Virus record (IMG/VR): IMGVR_UViG_3300034105_001678
Location: 5,543 to 69,542 of that record
Length of the DNA stretch: 64,000 nt
Reading direction: 5' to 3' (one strand)
Source: a virus
Taxonomy: Duplodnaviria > Heunggongvirae > Uroviricota > Caudoviricetes
Shown here: one piece after another, positions 63,831-64,000 of the stretch
Layout: each line of letters starts with the position of its first letter
Position numbering within the stretch: position 1 is the first letter of the stretch
Made by a program: the position numbers and the translations under genes
The notes under the pieces: generated by a model
Told to the model about the DNA's origin: nothing
What the model saw: the letters and a program-made list of their open reading frames with translations, nothing else
Databases searched by the model: none

Positions 63831-64000
63831 ATTAAAAATTATATTTAACTATTAAATTAAGACTTCTTGATGGTAAATCAACTGATGAACCCCAAACTCT
63901 ACTTACATCATTAAATAAATTATAAACTAATAATGTGTAATTTAATTTGTTTTGTTTTGTTGAGTATCCGATATTAACTAACCTCACACCCTTATTATGT

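Noticed and set aside
1-64000. Interpretation as a eukaryotic giant-virus fragment (because of the MTases, ThyA and glycan cluster).
   Set aside because: Bacterial-type -33/-7 promoters, rho-independent terminators with T-runs, ATGA-coupled overlapping genes, IscU/IscA, LpxH-like and Tat signal peptides all indicate a prokaryotic virus.

Overview
This is an AT-rich (~30% GC), gene-dense segment of a large dsDNA virus genome, most likely a large bacteriophage of a Bacteroidetes host, and apparently a non-structural accessory part of it. The host inference rests on about 15 promoters with Bacteroidetes sigma-A geometry (TTTG, then 19-20 nt, then TAnnTTTG), rho-independent terminators, ATGA-type gene overlaps and weak Shine-Dalgarno use. 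No capsid, terminase, portal or polymerase genes are visible.

Layout:
- (a) 0.3-13.7 kb: a plus-strand early module of about 23 small genes. Each has the same strong promoter, a short leader and its own hairpin terminator. The gaps between genes are filled with a family of GC-rich palindromic repeat elements.
- (b) 13.67-14.35 kb: a non-coding strand-switch region with iterons and inverted repeats. It is a candidate replication origin.
- (c) 14.35-51.6 kb: a minus-strand block containing:
  - an envelope-modification cassette (GT2, LpxH-like phosphoesterase, Tat-signal protein);
  - an array of 8 or more small diverse genes that all begin with the peptide MIKPFKFF;
  - DNA metabolism genes (ATP-dependent ligase, DEDDh exonuclease, deoxynucleotidase, ThyA, a DnaA domain IV-only protein);
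  - three C5-cytosine DNA methyltransferases plus one MTase-like protein;
  - IscU and IscA Fe-S assembly genes, an AdoMetDC-like protein, a hotdog thioesterase and an SPFH protein;
  - peptidoglycan hydrolases (M23+GH108-like lysin, NlpC/P60, 3D domain);
  - a tandem pair of large paralogous proteins of unknown function.
- (d) 51.6-61.7 kb: a plus-strand 10 kb glycan-biosynthesis island with at least 7 glycosyltransferases, an NAD epimerase/dehydratase, two O-methyltransferase-like proteins and UDP-galactopyranose mutase. It is followed on the minus strand by an Asp/Asn beta-hydroxylase-like oxygenase and a polytopic membrane protein.

Many ORF-track starts are TTG; where checked, the real start is a downstream in-frame ATG and is given here.
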